This document shows, piece by piece, positions 12,458 through 24,660 of a stretch of DNA of 64,000 nucleotides. The DNA lies in contig JAAILG010000762.1 in the NCBI GenBank assembly GCA_012026655.1, positions 1 through 64,000 of the forward strand, given 5' to 3'. The translations under genes were made by a program, and so were the position numbers. Within the stretch, counting starts at the first letter, position 1. The number at the start of each line of letters is the position of its first letter. The stretch comes from Hydrolagus affinis (lineage: Eukaryota). The notes beneath the pieces were generated by a model, which did no database searches, was not told where the DNA came from, and worked only from the letters and a program-made list of their open reading frames with translations.

Positions 12458-13178
12458 AATAATAAATAATAATAATCTTTTCATTTGGTACAATGAGGAC
12501 ATCCCAAAGTGCTTCACGTAATATATTGTAAAATGGAGTGACTGTGGGCAAATGCCTCTGCAATATTACACACAGCAATGATCTTTAAAGTCCACTTGAA
12601 TAGGCAAACAAATAGATATGGCTGGTTAAGGAGGCATTTTTTTCAGGTGACATTTCTTTTCCCGCATGTTCAATTGAGCAAAGCCTCATCCAATTGTGAA
12701 TTGGGCTGTGCAGACCCAGAAGGTTTTAACTTCAATCCTTAGCTTCTATTAAATTAGCTGATAATAATAATAAGAATCCTTGCATTTGATATAGCGCTTT
12801 TTACGTCTTCTAGACATCTCATAGGGCTTCACAGGATGTACTGTAAAGTGAATTGACTGTATACTTGTGGGCGAAATGTGGCAGCCAATTGTGCACAGCA
12901 ATGTCCCACAAACAGTCGTTGGTTGAAATGACCAATGGGTTTTTTTGAGCGATTATCCTGGTCTACAGGCCAATAATCTCCCCAGAAAGAATGGATCATT
13001 CACTTCATGACTGTTTGTGAAACATTGTTGTGCATAAATTGTTTGCCGCTTCTCAAAAAAATACCCATTTGTTACATATTCCAGTGTATAATGTGAAGGG
13101 TTTTAGGGAGCTTCCCAGTATGTACTCCTCTTTTTCAAATGCAAGAGTATGAATATTATTAGTAGTATCATTATTATT
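12458..13178. mobile_element. SINE tail cluster: 12458-12610 (-), 12761-12955 (-), 12970-13178 (+)
   Basis: Shared tail and body motifs (gtcccacaaacagtc, tgtttgtgaaacattgttgtgc, aatgcaag...tattatt). Confidence 0.75.
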
Positions 13179-14527
13179 AGAATATATCTTTTTTTGTTTA
13201 AATAAAAGTTACAAGGGGTTACGTTTTTTTCTGGTTAACAAATATTTCTCAAATGTGGGCCTTGGCCAATTATATATCTGAAATAGTTTGGTCTCTGGTT
13301 ACTTACCTCTTCGTAATACCAACTTTATTAATGTGTTTATCAGATTTGGATAAAAAAAATTATAAGTGCAATTTGACAGAAGACATCATTTATTTGGAGT
13401 TCAGGATTGTTTAAATGCCATGGGATGTCCTCCCAAAGTTAAAGATAATATATAAATGTAAATGTGCATTGTATTGTATTGTCCAGTACATTTGGTTGAC
13501 TGTGTTGAAAATACTGTATGTTGCTGTTTCAAGATACTGTTATCTGCTTCTAAAGGCATAACATTTTTGACAACTCTAGTTGAATTATGGAATACCACCT
13601 TCTTTCTTAATCCCTATTACTGATCTGTAATAAAAATAAAATTGTGTCTGTGGAAGTGCTGTAGAGAGAGAAAAAAATAAAAAGTGATTAATTTTGAAAA
13701 TATTTCTTAGCTGCACAGTTTTAATAGTCTCATTTCATTATTTGGATTAGAGGGTTTTTATGATTACTTGTGGCTAATTTGCAGTTAAAACATAGATTCT
13801 CTGAGTCTGAATGAAATCAAAATCTGAGTGAAATCAGCATCATCCAGTAGCAGCTCTGTTTAATATCCTTACGGACTACAGAGAACAAAAAAAAGCTTTT
13901 TAACCCATTTGTGTGCAGTGCAGCATTCGTTGCATATTCCAGTCCTGGTGCCCACATTGAGTGCCATCAAGGCTTGGTGCAGATCCCTGATCAAGGGATT
14001 CCACAGGAAAGAGTTGTGAACATTGTACTTTCTACTGTAATGAAAAACAGCAGTCAAAGTTGTCTACTTTCCAAAGCATCAGTCAATTTTTAGGATTTAT
14101 GAAATTGAACCCCAATGAATGCTAGCTGTCAAGATAAATATAGTACATGAAATCTGGACAGTAAAGGTACCTGAAAAGTCCAGGGAAAGAGGCACAAGTT
14201 CCACTTTAGCAATAGAGAAAACAAGGCAGAAAAGGGATTTATTGTCACGGTGACATGTTTGCTTTGTATTTTGCCGTTTGTAGGGGATTTCATAATTAAC
14301 CACTTTGAGAATCTCATAAATGAAGCAGCTTCTAGTATTTGCAAACTAGACATTGTTGTCAGTGAATCAAATCGCCTACAAAATATACAGTCACTACTGT
14401 AAATCCCATGAAGTGCTTTGCCGCATCAAACTGTAAGGATTGTAAGGATTAATGTTGTTATTGTTATTAAATCTGGTTGAAAATGTTCACAGCTGTGCTT
14501 TCAATGCCAAATGATGCACTCTGGTTT

Positions 14528-14755
14528 AATAAATAATAATCCTTTATCTTTTAGATGTGTTAAAGCGCTTCACAGAATATACTGTATATTTGTGGGTGAA
14601 ACATGGCAGCCATTTTGAGCACAGCAGTGTCCCAAAAACAGTCGAGAATTGAGAGACCAAATTATTATTGGGTATTGTTGGAGGAATTATTATTAGGCGT
14701 GTGGAGTATGGAAACTTGCCCAAGGTTTCACGCTGACCTGCTGGGAATCGAACTG
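14528..14755 (-). mobile_element. tRNA-SINE, short form, 5'-truncated
   Basis: Antisense of body and ccttgggcaagtttc; carries the ctgacctg subfamily duplication. Confidence 0.8.
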
Positions 14756-15492
14756 CGGTATCGATATGGGGCTTGAACCCACAACTTTCTGATTATTTAT
14801 CTTTATTCCTGATGTGAAAAGCACTATATAAAATACAAGGATTATTATTATTATTATTGTTAAATACAAACCTTGCAAACTATGCTATATGTGGGAATTG
14901 CATTGTGCTGTTTTGGAAAAGGGTGAAATCAGTTCCTTGTGCTTGTGATATGAAGATTTCCATTTAAAAGCACATACAAATTCAATTGCATTCACTTGGA
15001 ACACAAAATCATCTGAATCTGTTTAGGTTCTGGTGGATGAGTGTGGGTGGTTTATTCATTTGTTTTATTTACAATAGTCTGTTACTATGTTCCGTCTGAA
15101 ACCCCAATCTGTCAGAATTACGGTTTTAAAAAATGTTCTTGTGATTGAAGAAAGCCAGATGAAGCTTACACTATTTCACAAGTAAAGTGCTACCATCTTG
15201 CTATTTAATAGATGAAAAGCAAGACTTTTAATGCTGCAATGAAAATTAAACCTGAATTTCATTTTACAAGAGAATCTGAATTGACAAAAATATATACCAT
15301 CAAATACTAGAAGCTGAAAGAAACCCATAAACATTTGAAGGCTTCCAAAGACCGATAACTGTATATTTGTTCTGCCGTTCAACCGCATTAATAAATGTTG
15401 CTGTTGTGTGTTTTGCATTTTCCAAGTGATATTTCACTTTTCAAAGGAGGTTTCAGATCTGTACTAATTATAGCCTGTCAATAACTGACCAG

Positions 15493-15976
15493 TAATAATA
15501 AAAACCAATGCATTTGATATAGCGCTTTTCACATTTTCTAGACGTCTCAAAGTACTTCACAAAATATACTGTAAAACTAATTGACTGTATATTTCTGGGC
15601 AAAACCCATCAGCCAATTCAGCATGGCAGTATCCCACACACAGTTAGATGCCCTTTTGTATGAGATTGTTGATAGGATGGAAGATCATTCCAGCTGTGCA
15701 GGAGAAATAATAATGAATCTTTGCATTTGATTGAATAATAATGATAATACTCCTTGCATTTGATATAGTGCTTTCATGTTTTCTAGACGTGAATATACTG
15801 TAGTGAATTGACTGTATATTTGTGGCTGAAACGCACAGCCATATCCCGCAAACAATTGTGGATTGAAATGACCAATTTATTATTGGGAGGTTTTTCGAGG
15901 AATTATTATCAGTCATGTGGATTAAGGAAACTTGCCCAAGGATTCGCCCTGCCCAGAATCGAATCCAGGTCTCTCT
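15493..15976 (-). mobile_element. Two SINE copies (15493-15642 and 15706-15976)
   Basis: Antisense tail and body; the second has a duplicated 3' end (aataataatga...ttgcatttgat twice) and extends to the B box. Confidence 0.85.
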
Positions 15977-16282
15977 CATAGAATTATACAGCACAGAAGC
16001 AGGCCATTTGGCCATTCTGTCTGTGCCGGTTCTTTGAAAAGAACTGTCCAAATCAATCTTCACCTCCCCTCTGTTTCTTTTAACAACTGTTTTAAATTGG
16101 TGTCCTCGGGTTACCGCCCCACTCGCCAGTGTAAATAGTTTCTCCTTGTTCACCCTATCGAATAAACTGATAATTTTGAAAACTTCTATTACATCTTCTC
16201 TTGACCTTCTCTACTCAAAGAAGAAGAATTCTAGCTTTTCTAGCCTCTCCTGATAACTCCCTCATTTCTGGTACCATCCTGG
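15977..16282 (-). mobile_element. CR1 LINE 3' fragment
   Basis: catagaattatacagcacagaagcaggccatttggcc is the antisense CR1 terminus; minus translation EKLFTLASGAVTRGHQFK matches the CR1 TRGH motif. Confidence 0.85.
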
Positions 16283-16292
16283 TCTTTGAAAG

Positions 16293-17000
16293 GTCTCAAA
16301 GCGCTTCACAGGATTTACTGTAAAGTGTAGTGATTGTGTATTTGTAGTCAATTTGTGTCAATTTGCACTTGACAATGTCCCACAAACAGCAGTTACATGA
16401 ACTAGGATTATCAGCAAAAAAATTAATATTCACCTGAAGGATGGCACCTCCAACAATACAGTGTTCCTCCAATGCTGCACTGGACTGTAAATTCAAAGTC
16501 CCGATGTGAAGCTAGCAACCACAACTTCAAGAGCTTAAAGTCTCAAATCATGCAGGATATCACTTAAATGGTTAGTGGTGAAGTATGCTTTCCCAAAACA
16601 CTTTCATAAGTTGTACTCTTGTACACAATATCATTTTAAGCTTATTATAGTTAATACCCGTTAGCTCCAAGTATCAAAGGAATCATCTCATAGATCCCCA
16701 CATTTGTTACGCAGTGTGATGGTCTTAGTGGAAATACAATTAAGCGATTGCTTAGAGTAAGGTATTGATTTTATTAATGTATATTTTACTGGCACTAGAT
16801 TCCCACTATTTCCACTTACCTCCACACCTACTGTGTCAGCTAGAAACCAGGAATGGGTCAGAGTGTATGGTTTCAGTGCTTCAGATGAGACATTAAAACC
16901 AAGTTCCTAACTGATTCTACATCAAGGTCCCACAATTCTGTTTGAAACGAGAAGGTAGTTCCTCCCAGTGTCCCATCCAATAATCTTCTTCTCCTCAGCC
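16293..17000. mobile_element. SINE tail (16293-16392, -) and DeuSINE fragments (16431-16525 -, 16872-17000 +)
   Basis: Deu-domain motifs gaaggatggcacctccaacaatacagtgttcctcc and cagatgagacattaaaaccaagttcc. Confidence 0.7.
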
Positions 17001-20000
17001 ACTGTCAAACTGATATTAATAATAATTTACATTTTTATAGCATCTTTTACATCAATAGGACATCTCAAAGTGCTTTACATAACAGACTGGGCCCAAACTT
17101 AGAAGGGGGAGGAAGGGATGAGTGTGGGAGAGGGTGGAAGTTAACCATAGGCACTATTGAAAATATAAGGCTTGAAACCTACAAATAAGATTTTTGGGGG
17201 CAGGACTGACTGTATTAGCTTTTCTCTGTTCTCCCATATCTGGGAGGTCTCTTTCAGCAGATCACATGCACTTGTTTGGGAGATGATGCTTCTCTCATCA
17301 CTCGCCTTCAACGTTGTTCCCCCCACCACCATCTCTCATTTCCCCATGCCCTTTACATATCATTTTCTGTTTTATTGATGCTGTATTGCTTCTCTGAACT
17401 TCTCTCCCCTGTTCATTCTAGGTTGGCAGCAAACCACGCAATGAGCATAATCACTGGGTTGCATTCAATTTGAAACCTAGACATTCCAATAACAGAATGA
17501 GGTCATTCAGACCATCATGGGGTTGAAATTGTGGATTAAATATTAATATTAGTAAGTCCTGCCTGAAAATCTTCCTCTTTGACCATGCTTACGGCCATCT
17601 CCCCTCACCTCCCAGCTCAGAGTTGGATTCCTGCCCTGAGTGGTTGGTGCTATACAAGTGCAAATTGTTGTTATATGCGAATGTTAGTTTTATATGGAAA
17701 ATTAGTTAGATGCTAAAGCCTGTTTTAGAGGAGAAGCAAGTAAATGGCCTCAACCCCTCACATGTCCACTCATCCCAAGAACAAGTTGCCATAGCATTTC
17801 ATTACATAGATGTTCAGAAGATGCATTGCTTGTGCTCCACCACATTCATTATCTTCTACGTTGCCTTTATAGTGCTTTAATCTGAGAAGTGATTGCAGTA
17901 GTAGATCTGCCTGCTGTATTAGACTGTTAGAGGCTGACTTCTGAGGATGCATCCAATTTGCCTTCCACCATCCTGGCAGTCACATGCACATGATATATCC
18001 CAAACTATGTACTGTATAAGTGGTAGGAGGATATCACCAGTTCACTGTTCCCTTTGCACTCCCTTTCTCATCATCCTTTTTTCTCTTCTTTTAGGGAAGA
18101 ATGGTGGTAACCTCCAGCAGCAAGCTCTCACTGAAAATGCCCGCTCTGCCACTTACCAAACTCAGGTACAGCTGGACAAGCAGAGGGGACAACAAGGAGA
18201 CTCCAATAAACAAGGGAAGCATTAGGGTACAGTTGAAAAAGAAAAGCAGACATTGCCTATTAAATTAATTCATTTGAAGAACAAGCAGCCATATATTGAA
18301 CCAGTTACAGGTACATGTTGTTCGTTACAGATTATTTGCTGCTCCCTGGCTCATTCCAACCCCCAGCTGCTCCTCTTCCTTATGCTAGGATTAGAGCCTG
18401 TATTGCAGCCCCTGTCATCATCAAGTCACGGGTTGGGCCCTCCACCACATGCTCCTAACCCATTTGTACTAGATCTTCCTTTGTGAATAGAGCCTGTTGG
18501 AAAGTTTCTGCATGGTTTCTCTGCATGGTTTTCTCCATTCCTAGAAAGCCTGAATATAAGTTTATAGCATTGTGTTGGGTTGATATTATATTTTGCCACC
18601 TGCTTTCAGCACTTCAAAAGCTCATCTCTTCCTTGTCAGTGCTAGAAAATGTTGCCAGTGCCCCCAAATAGGGTCCTGTAAAGGTCTCAGCTAGGGCCAG
18701 ATAATAAGACTTTTCCTCCCCCCTCCGCCTTCACCATGCCCTCCCTTTCATAGATGTCATATCCGTGTTTCCATTTCCTGTTGGTGTTTACATACTCAGG
18801 CATTTCCCACATGTGATTATCACCCTAATAGTATTAACCTGCATTTATAGTCTTGATCTGCAAATGTCTGCAGATTGGCTGGACAGAGTAATGGTCCAGC
18901 TGTCTGAATTTGAGCCTGCCAGACACAAAAATAGGAATATCAAACTGTTATTGCTTTACTGAAAAAAATGATGGAAGCATCATCCAGATCTTTTTGCTCA
19001 GGTACTGTTTTTGGTTGCCAGAATTTCTGTTGACTAATTTTTTCATTGTTGACTCTCCACACCGATTTCTCCTGTTTCCTTTATATGGTGGACCATCATC
19101 TGCTGGTCAGACCATTTCTACTCTAACCCATTCTTTCCTAGAATATCAAGACTCTGCAACTTCTTATCTCCTTCAATCATTTCCTCCTACAACAACTGAT
19201 AGCTTTTAAAACCCAATCCATAAATCTTGATTCTTCTGATCCATTCTCATCCTGTTTTCAGCCTTGGCAGTGCTATTCCTGGGCTTCTCAAAATACATAA
19301 AGATCCATCCCTCCCGTCTCTCCAGAATGAAATTCTCTAATTCCATGTGCTCCTTCTTAAAAATCAGCGATGCAACAAAAGTCAACAACTGCAGGGTCAA
19401 GTTCAAAGCTCAGCTGCTCTAAACTGGCATCTAGCACTTTATCGTTGCAACTATAGACCATATGGAGTGGGAGACATATTAACATATGGGGGGGTTCAAG
19501 AGTGTTGCCATTGCATTTTCGTTTACATCTGAAAGGTCTTTTGTGGCTTACAGAATATTTTTTCAGTGCCTTCCCCCTCCTTCCCCCATCTTCCCACAAT
19601 CTTGAATTGTTATGAGGAGGGGAGTTTGTTGGAAATGTATCAAATCTCCACAGCAGCAAGTTTCACAAAAGCCAGACCTCGATTTGCACAGCTTTGCAGC
19701 ATTTCTAAAACTAATGATAACAAAGAGGTGAAAAGTGCGGTTGTCACTGTTGGGGCTTTCGTTTTACATACTAACTGATAACACCATGAAATAAGGTAGG
19801 CTACTGTCAACTAAGATGTGTCAGCAGTTAGAATTTATACCAAAAATACAGCCAGTCAGCTACTTATAAAGTATCCAGCAGCACATTTAGCCATACATCA
19901 GTGTGCCTCAATGGAAAGCAAAACAGGGTTGCTGGCAAAAAAACAAACTAAATGGCTAAGTAATCTATTAAAATAAAACCATTATGATTGAGATGACTGG

Positions 20001-20459
20001 TTACTTGCTAACTGATGTGGTTATATGGTTTAGGAAAGGCCAATATATCTTTGATTCTGTTTCCAAAACAGTGTCACAAGTTTATCCTCACTATAACTAG
20101 CTGCAGATGTTCACGCAATCCTGTCTGCTCTCAACTCACCGGTCCTCTCAATATAAGTGAGACAAAGGATTTGATTGTTCGTAAATGCAATTCCTATACA
20201 GTATACAACTTTCATAGAAAATCAGATACATAGATACATATACATTTATGAACATTTTCAGCACAAAAAGAGGCCAACATGTATCTACTGTCTGTACTAG
20301 TGCTCAGATTTTCTAATTGACCTTCTTAATTCCACTTTCCAGATCATTGACTATTTTTAACTCAGCTCCTAAATCCATTAGGGTTCCCACATGGTCCGTT
20401 TAATTTAGTTGAATATGACAGCCATCAGCTTCACCCTGACAGTTCATGTACTCATGACC

Positions 20460-20783
20460 TCAGGACTTTGAACTTAGCCTCCAGGCTGACACTCCAGTGC
20501 AGTCCAGTGTACTGTTGGAGGTGCCAATCTTCATGTGAGGCAATGAGACAATGTCCTGTTTGCCTGTTCAGGTGGATATTAAAGATCCCGTGAGACAATT
20601 TGAAAAGAGAAGGGTGTGTCTCCTGTTGTAATTGCGAAAGATTCCCTAGATAAAATTGATTATTCACTTTATGGCTGCTTGTCATGTAGAAATGAGTAAT
20701 TTAGAGTAAAACTATTGTAACAATTTGAAATATGCTCCTGGTGTGGAAACCCCTATATCAAATGCAAGGTTTGTTACTATTAT
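20460..20783 (+). mobile_element. DeuSINE (SacSINE1-like), lacking head
   Basis: ggctgacactccagtgcagt...ggaggtgcca...cctgttcaggtggatattaaagatccc matches the Deu domain; tail aaatgcaagg. Confidence 0.8.
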
Positions 20784-20816
20784 TTATCCGAATGGATTTA
20801 TTTCTTCCAAACTATT

Positions 20817-21233
20817 TCATAAATAACCCTTGCATTTGGTGGTATGCACCTTTCACACTGAGAGGACATCTCAAGCAGGATTTACTGTGAGGGTCAGGAT
20901 GTGTATATTTAAACAAATGCACTAGCCTAATTTTGCACAGTAATGTCCCACAAATAGCCATGAAATAAATGACCAATTTTATTTGGGAGATTATTAATCG
21001 GAGAAACTCCCTTCTCTTTATGAATAGTGCCATGGGATCTTTAACATCCACCCGAATAGACAATCAGGAACTTCAGTGTAATGTCTCATCCGAAAGAAGC
21101 CATCTCTGACAGTGCAACACACTCCCAGCACTGTACTGGAATGTCAATTTAGACTATGTGAGTTCAAGTCCAAGTGGCCTTGCACCCACAACCTTCTGAC
21201 TCGTGAGTGATACCATCTGAGCCAGGTTGACAC
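20817..21233 (-). mobile_element. Near full-length DeuSINE (SacSINE1-like)
   Basis: Minus strand reads gtgtcaacctggctcagatggta...gagtcagaaggttgtggg...ctttcggatgagacatta...gtggatgttaaagatcccatggcactattc...gggagtttctcc, then the shared tail. Confidence 0.9.
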
Positions 21234-22699
21234 ACTTTTGACTTAATGTGAGCTGGAACCACATTTTCCTTCCTCTTTCACCTAACACAAGTCAGCTGCT
21301 CTTACTCGCTTAAAAGGACAAAATCATATTTTCCATTTTCTCTACTAATTAACTAGCGAAAGGTTATTAAACTACCCAATTTCCACACCCATCAATCATA
21401 AAGAAAGAGCCTTTAACCATAACAGCTGTCTAATGATGAATGTGTGAGAACAACACTGTTCAGCAGATTCAATCTATCATTAAGCTGGTTGAAGCAAAAT
21501 CCCAGATCCATCCACAGAGGGAAGGGCACAAGTATTACCATATTATAAATATTCACTCTCCCTGTCCCTCTGCTGTCTTTCATAATCCCAACTACATCCC
21601 TGGTGTGGATGGAAGGAAAAAGACTGACTGAGAAAGCAAAGGGTGCTGGGGAAAGAGGGTTCTAACTATTATTAAGCAGAGAAAGCAATGAGGAAGATGG
21701 AGGCTAATTAATTAAGCAACCAGTCATGGATGCTTAATTCCTAATTAAATTTATCCTCATCCTCTGAACTTTTGTCTACTTTTCAAATATAGCAAATCCT
21801 TAATTTTCTTTCTGCACATAATAAAAATTGATTTATAAGTCTGATTCAATTAGTCTAGACCTTTGGTATTCCAGTATAAACCGGAGGAAGAAACAGGATT
21901 TTGAATACAAACACTTCACAGGAGTCTGCAAAACCATCTCATTATTATATTTGTCTGCATGTAGGATTTTTGGTAGGGACCAATAATACAGTATGTACAG
22001 AGGTTCCCTTATCCATCTGCTCTCTCAAATAGTCTAGATTCCTCCAAAAACTCAGCAATGTTGTGTCACCTATATGCTCAAGCAATTCTAGAAATCAGAA
22101 TTCTTAGATTGAGGGCAAAACAGTAATCAATTCAACAAGAAAATTGCTGCAAATGAACTATCTAGATTTAACATGAAATTGGTTTTATCCTCGAATGGAA
22201 TGTCTGTTCTGTAACTGTTGGGAATCACACAATAGGCAGCTGTCACACTTGAAGAATAGCCAATAAAATAAATATACACAATGGGATATAAAATATCACC
22301 CTGCAATATATGTGATATCTCAGTCACTATATGTGATATTTGAAATTAAAAATTCAGATACAATCACGTTTCTAGCCTTCACCAAGAAACAGACTGGGAA
22401 AGTTGGTTTTCATTTTTTTTCTGCATAACGAGCCAAAGGAAATTAGCTATAGGAAATTGGAGGCTGAGAGAAGCATGATGAGAAAAGATGTATCTTTAAT
22501 TAGTAAGAAATTAACTTATTTTACCTATTTCTTTAATAAAAGGAACAAGTTAGGCATAGCCTAAAGTTCTGGTTGCTACAACACAAGTGTTTTCCCTCAG
22601 ACCCTAGAGGCAGTACAGAGAAGAACAGTAAGTCTGGTATGTAGTGTTATAAAGATATATTATCAGGAACAATTTGATTAGGTAGCAAGTCTTCAGTCT

Positions 22700-23005
22700 T
22701 GAAAATACATGTCTCAGAGAGGATCTTATTACACTAAGTGGGATAGAGAAAGTAAACTTAAAGCAATACTAAAAGCCTAATCTGCAGCTAAAAGACAAGA
22801 GGAAACAGGTTCATGATAGTGAAGGACAAATTTTAGGCCACACTCTAGGAAACATTTCTTTATCCAGCCAGTAATGCCAGTAATTAGTAGCTGTAAAGAG
22901 TTACAAGAAGAAGTTCTGTAGGCCTTGACATTATGAGGCTTGAACATTTCTTAAATAGGACATCCAGCCCACCAACAGCCATGAGGTTGGACCAGCCAGT
23001 AAGAT
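22700..23005 (+). mobile_element. Decayed CR1 3' fragment
   Basis: agagaggatcttatt...gacaagaggaaacaggttcatgatagtgaagg...aggaaacatttctttatccag resembles CR1 RGDLI...TRGH...RKHFFTQR. Confidence 0.6.
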
Positions 23006-23221
23006 TATACAGGTTCAGGCCCCAATATAAGTATTTCAACTTTTCCACCTACGGACAAGGCTACTGTTTCTGGCACAACATGGTGGTGCTGTCCACCAGG
23101 ATGCCATGTCATTGAAAACATTCCAGTGCTTGATGCTCAACCAATCTGTGTGACTCATGTTACCAATTATGTCAGTATAAATATCAGATTTCTTCCATGA
23201 ATCATGTCCATCTAAGTAGGT

Positions 23222-23363
23222 GGATGGAAACTCTATTTTAATGTCTTCTCTGAACAATGGCACCTCCAACACCCACATCACTGTATTGGCGTGTCAGCCT
23301 AGACTATATGAGTTCAAAGACCAAAAATATTATCACACATATGCAATCGAGTCAGGCTGACAC
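23222..23363 (-). mobile_element. DeuSINE fragment
   Basis: tttaatgtcttctctgaacaatggcacctccaac...gtgtcagcctagactatatgagttcaaag. Confidence 0.7.
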
Positions 23364-23574
23364 ACAGTATCATATTTACAATAAATTGAGACATCCAAAC
23401 ATTTATGGAGAAAGAACGGTGTTCTGAACAACTAGACCACTCACTCTATTAATGAAAATTGAATGTTAGCTTTACTCAACCACAGACAATCTGCTGAGAA
23501 ATAAAATGATGCTTTGTATTGCATATTGCTTTAAGACTTAATTGTAATTGAACATTGAAAATGAGAAAAGGCAA

Positions 23575-23887
23575 GTGGAGTCCTGTAGCTCAGTGGTTAG
23601 AGCACTAAGTTTACAAGCAAGAGATGTGGGTCCGATTCCAGCAGGGCGAAACCTTGAGTAAATTTCTTTACTCCACATACTTGATAATAATCCCTCAAGA
23701 AAAAAACACATTAATAAATTGGTAATTTCAATCCACAATTGTTTGTGGGACACTGTTGTGTGCAATTTGCTACTGTGTTTTGCCTAAAAATATACAGTCA
23801 ATTCACTTTACAGTATATTCTGTGAAGCGCTTTGAGACATCTAGAAGACGTGAAAAGCACTATGGCTAATCCAAGGATTATTATTAT
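23575..23887 (+). mobile_element. Full-length tRNA-SINE, short form
   Basis: gtggagtcctgtagctcagtggttagagcact ... gtgaagcgctttgagacatctagaagacgtgaaaagcacta...aaggattattatta. Confidence 0.9.
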
Positions 23888-24339
23888 AAAAGGATTCTGG
23901 GAAAGCAACTGGGCAGATTGTGGAAGAGAGTGGAAGTGGAAGATTTAAATAAAGGAACTAGTGACTCTAAACTGAGGTTTTGATTTACAACCATTACACT
24001 TAGGAATCCATGCCTGAATTTGATTGATGTGACATATTCTATAACTCAAGGTCTTTTATATGATCTGTGCATTGGTTTTACAACAACACTTACATAGATG
24101 TAACAAAAAAGAAGTGCTAAGCAATGTTTAATGAAAATTCTGTGCATATTAAATAGAAATTATAGGTAAAGTACAATACCAAGAGGCCATTATACCTATC
24201 AAACCTGTTTCACCAGTTATCAGATCACGGTAGATCTTTTAAATCAAATGCTCCATCCTTTTGCCGTATCCCTTAACACCTCTTTATTGCTCAATACATT
24301 TTCAACAACATTTCACAACCTTGTTATTTCTCCAGTGTG

Positions 24340-24660
24340 GTCACTGGAGTGCCATCCTTTGCCTCAGGCATTAAACCATTCAGTGGACATATAAGATCAT
24401 GTGTCACTATTCAAAAACAGAGTTTTCTCCATGTGTCCTGGCCTACAATCTCCCAGATTAAATTAGACGTTCTTTTCGTTTGATTTAATTGGTCATTCAT
24501 TTGTTGGGTTTTGCTGTGAATTGGTTCCCGCATTTGCCAACAAAATACACAATCATTATTCCTTCAGTAAAACCTGTGAAATGCTTTGAAACATTCTCCC
24601 AATGTAAAGCCTCCACATCAAATGTAAGGATTATTATTGTTATCATTATCATTATTTTAT
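24340..24660 (+). mobile_element. Decayed DeuSINE
   Basis: ggagtgccatcctttgcctcaggcattaaacc...gtggacatataagatc...cactattcaaaaacagagttttctcc plus tail aaatgtaaggattatt. Confidence 0.65.

Noticed and set aside
13344-13650. Possible plus-strand terminal exon with tandem AATAAA at 13629-13640
   Set aside because: Weak acceptor, very short unrecognisable ORFs, and AATAAA is common in this AT-rich DNA.
15644-16153. 169-aa minus-strand ORF
   Set aside because: Chance read-through of a CR1 3' fragment into a SINE.
23575-23645. tRNA-like sequences (also at 1885, 28250, 33570, 36815, 40629, 56501)
   Set aside because: These are SINE heads: A and B boxes are present but there is no complete acceptor stem, and each continues into the SINE body.
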